Assembly (NCBI GenBank): GCA_963828125.1 | Contig: CAWHDP010000002.1 | Location: 64,001 to 128,000 of the forward strand | Direction: 5' to 3' | Length of the DNA stretch: 64,000 nucleotides | Source of the DNA: an uncultured Chlamydiae bacterium | GTDB taxonomy: Bacteria; Chlamydiota; Chlamydiia; Chlamydiales; SM23-39 | Shown: one piece after another, positions 63,579 to 64,000 of the stretch | How the letters are laid out: every line of letters begins with the position of its first letter | Position numbering within the stretch: the stretch's first letter is position 1 | Notes under the pieces: model-generated | The model's input: the letters and a program-made list of their open reading frames with translations, nothing else | Told to the model about the DNA's origin: nothing | Databases searched by the model: none | Made by a program: the position numbers and the translations under genes

Positions 63579-64000
63579 ATGAAAGTGAAATGCATTTCTG
63601 GTGAAAATTCTTTTTTAAATGAAAAACGAGAATCGACTTATGAATTTTTGGAAATAGGAGCCATATATACCGTGTATGGAATGATTATAAATCACGGGGT
63701 TCTTTGTTATTATATATGCGATCGAGCGCGAGATTTATTTCCTATCGCAAGACCTATGCATTTTTTTGAAATTATAGATAATCGCCTTTCTCGTTTTTGG
63801 GTTTTTGGAATTATTGAAGCTTTTGAAAATTATCCAGTTTGGATGTTTTCTGAATGGATAAATGAACCATATTTTCAAGATAATATAACAGATTATGAAG
63901 AACGGGAGGTTGCCATTTTTAAATCTTACAAAGAATCAATGGATTTAGAATTTTCTGACCCCTCCATTCAGGAGACAGCTCAAATTGGTGACGACAAATG
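63579..64000 (+). CDS. Putative immunity protein (runs off the window edge)
   Basis: Not in the track. ATG 5 nt after the toxin stop, open to the end: MKVKCISGENS...YTVYGM...FFEIIDNRLSRFW. AT-rich and acidic. Confidence 0.75.
   Translation, partial: MKVKCISGENSFLNEKRESTYEFLEIGAIYTVYGMIINHGVLCYYICDRARDLFPIARPMHFFEIIDNRLSRFWVFGIIEAFENYPVWMFSEWINEPYFQDNITDYEEREVAIFKSYKESMDLEFSDPSIQETAQIGDDK

Noticed and set aside
1..64000. tRNA, rRNA, integrase or prophage genes
   Set aside because: None recognisable by eye. A covariance-model scan was not possible.

Overview
Chromosomal fragment of an environmental Chlamydiota bacterium. The assignment is inferred from chlamydia-type gene order: lipoprotein-valS-pknD, ihfA-hyp-accA-msbA, pdhABC, priA-hyp and dacA-ybbR. 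A housekeeping backbone is interrupted by accessory DNA. (1) An ~8 kb minus-strand island at 25.7-33.9 kb encodes an unknown 280-aa protein, two BrxD/DUF2791-like ATPases and a ~1,650-aa fusion of an Lhr-like SF2 helicase, an Fe-S PD-(D/E)XK nuclease and a Dna2/UPF1-like SF1 helicase. No PglZ, PglX or TerB gene is recognisable, and this is the best candidate for an undescribed defence system. (2) A tandem duplication at the 5' end of valS carries two strongly diverged orphan paralogs. (3) An intact ISL3 splits an M4 protease and supplies it a new in-frame ATG. (4) Two families of palindromic MITE-like repeats occur, one nested in the other. (5) Several effector-like orphans are present (EarP-like glycosyltransferase, PI4K-like kinase, LRR protein), plus an RHS toxin with a downstream immunity candidate. 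Several single-base frameshifts (sucC and four in the island) may be assembly errors. No rRNA, tRNA or CRISPR array was seen.
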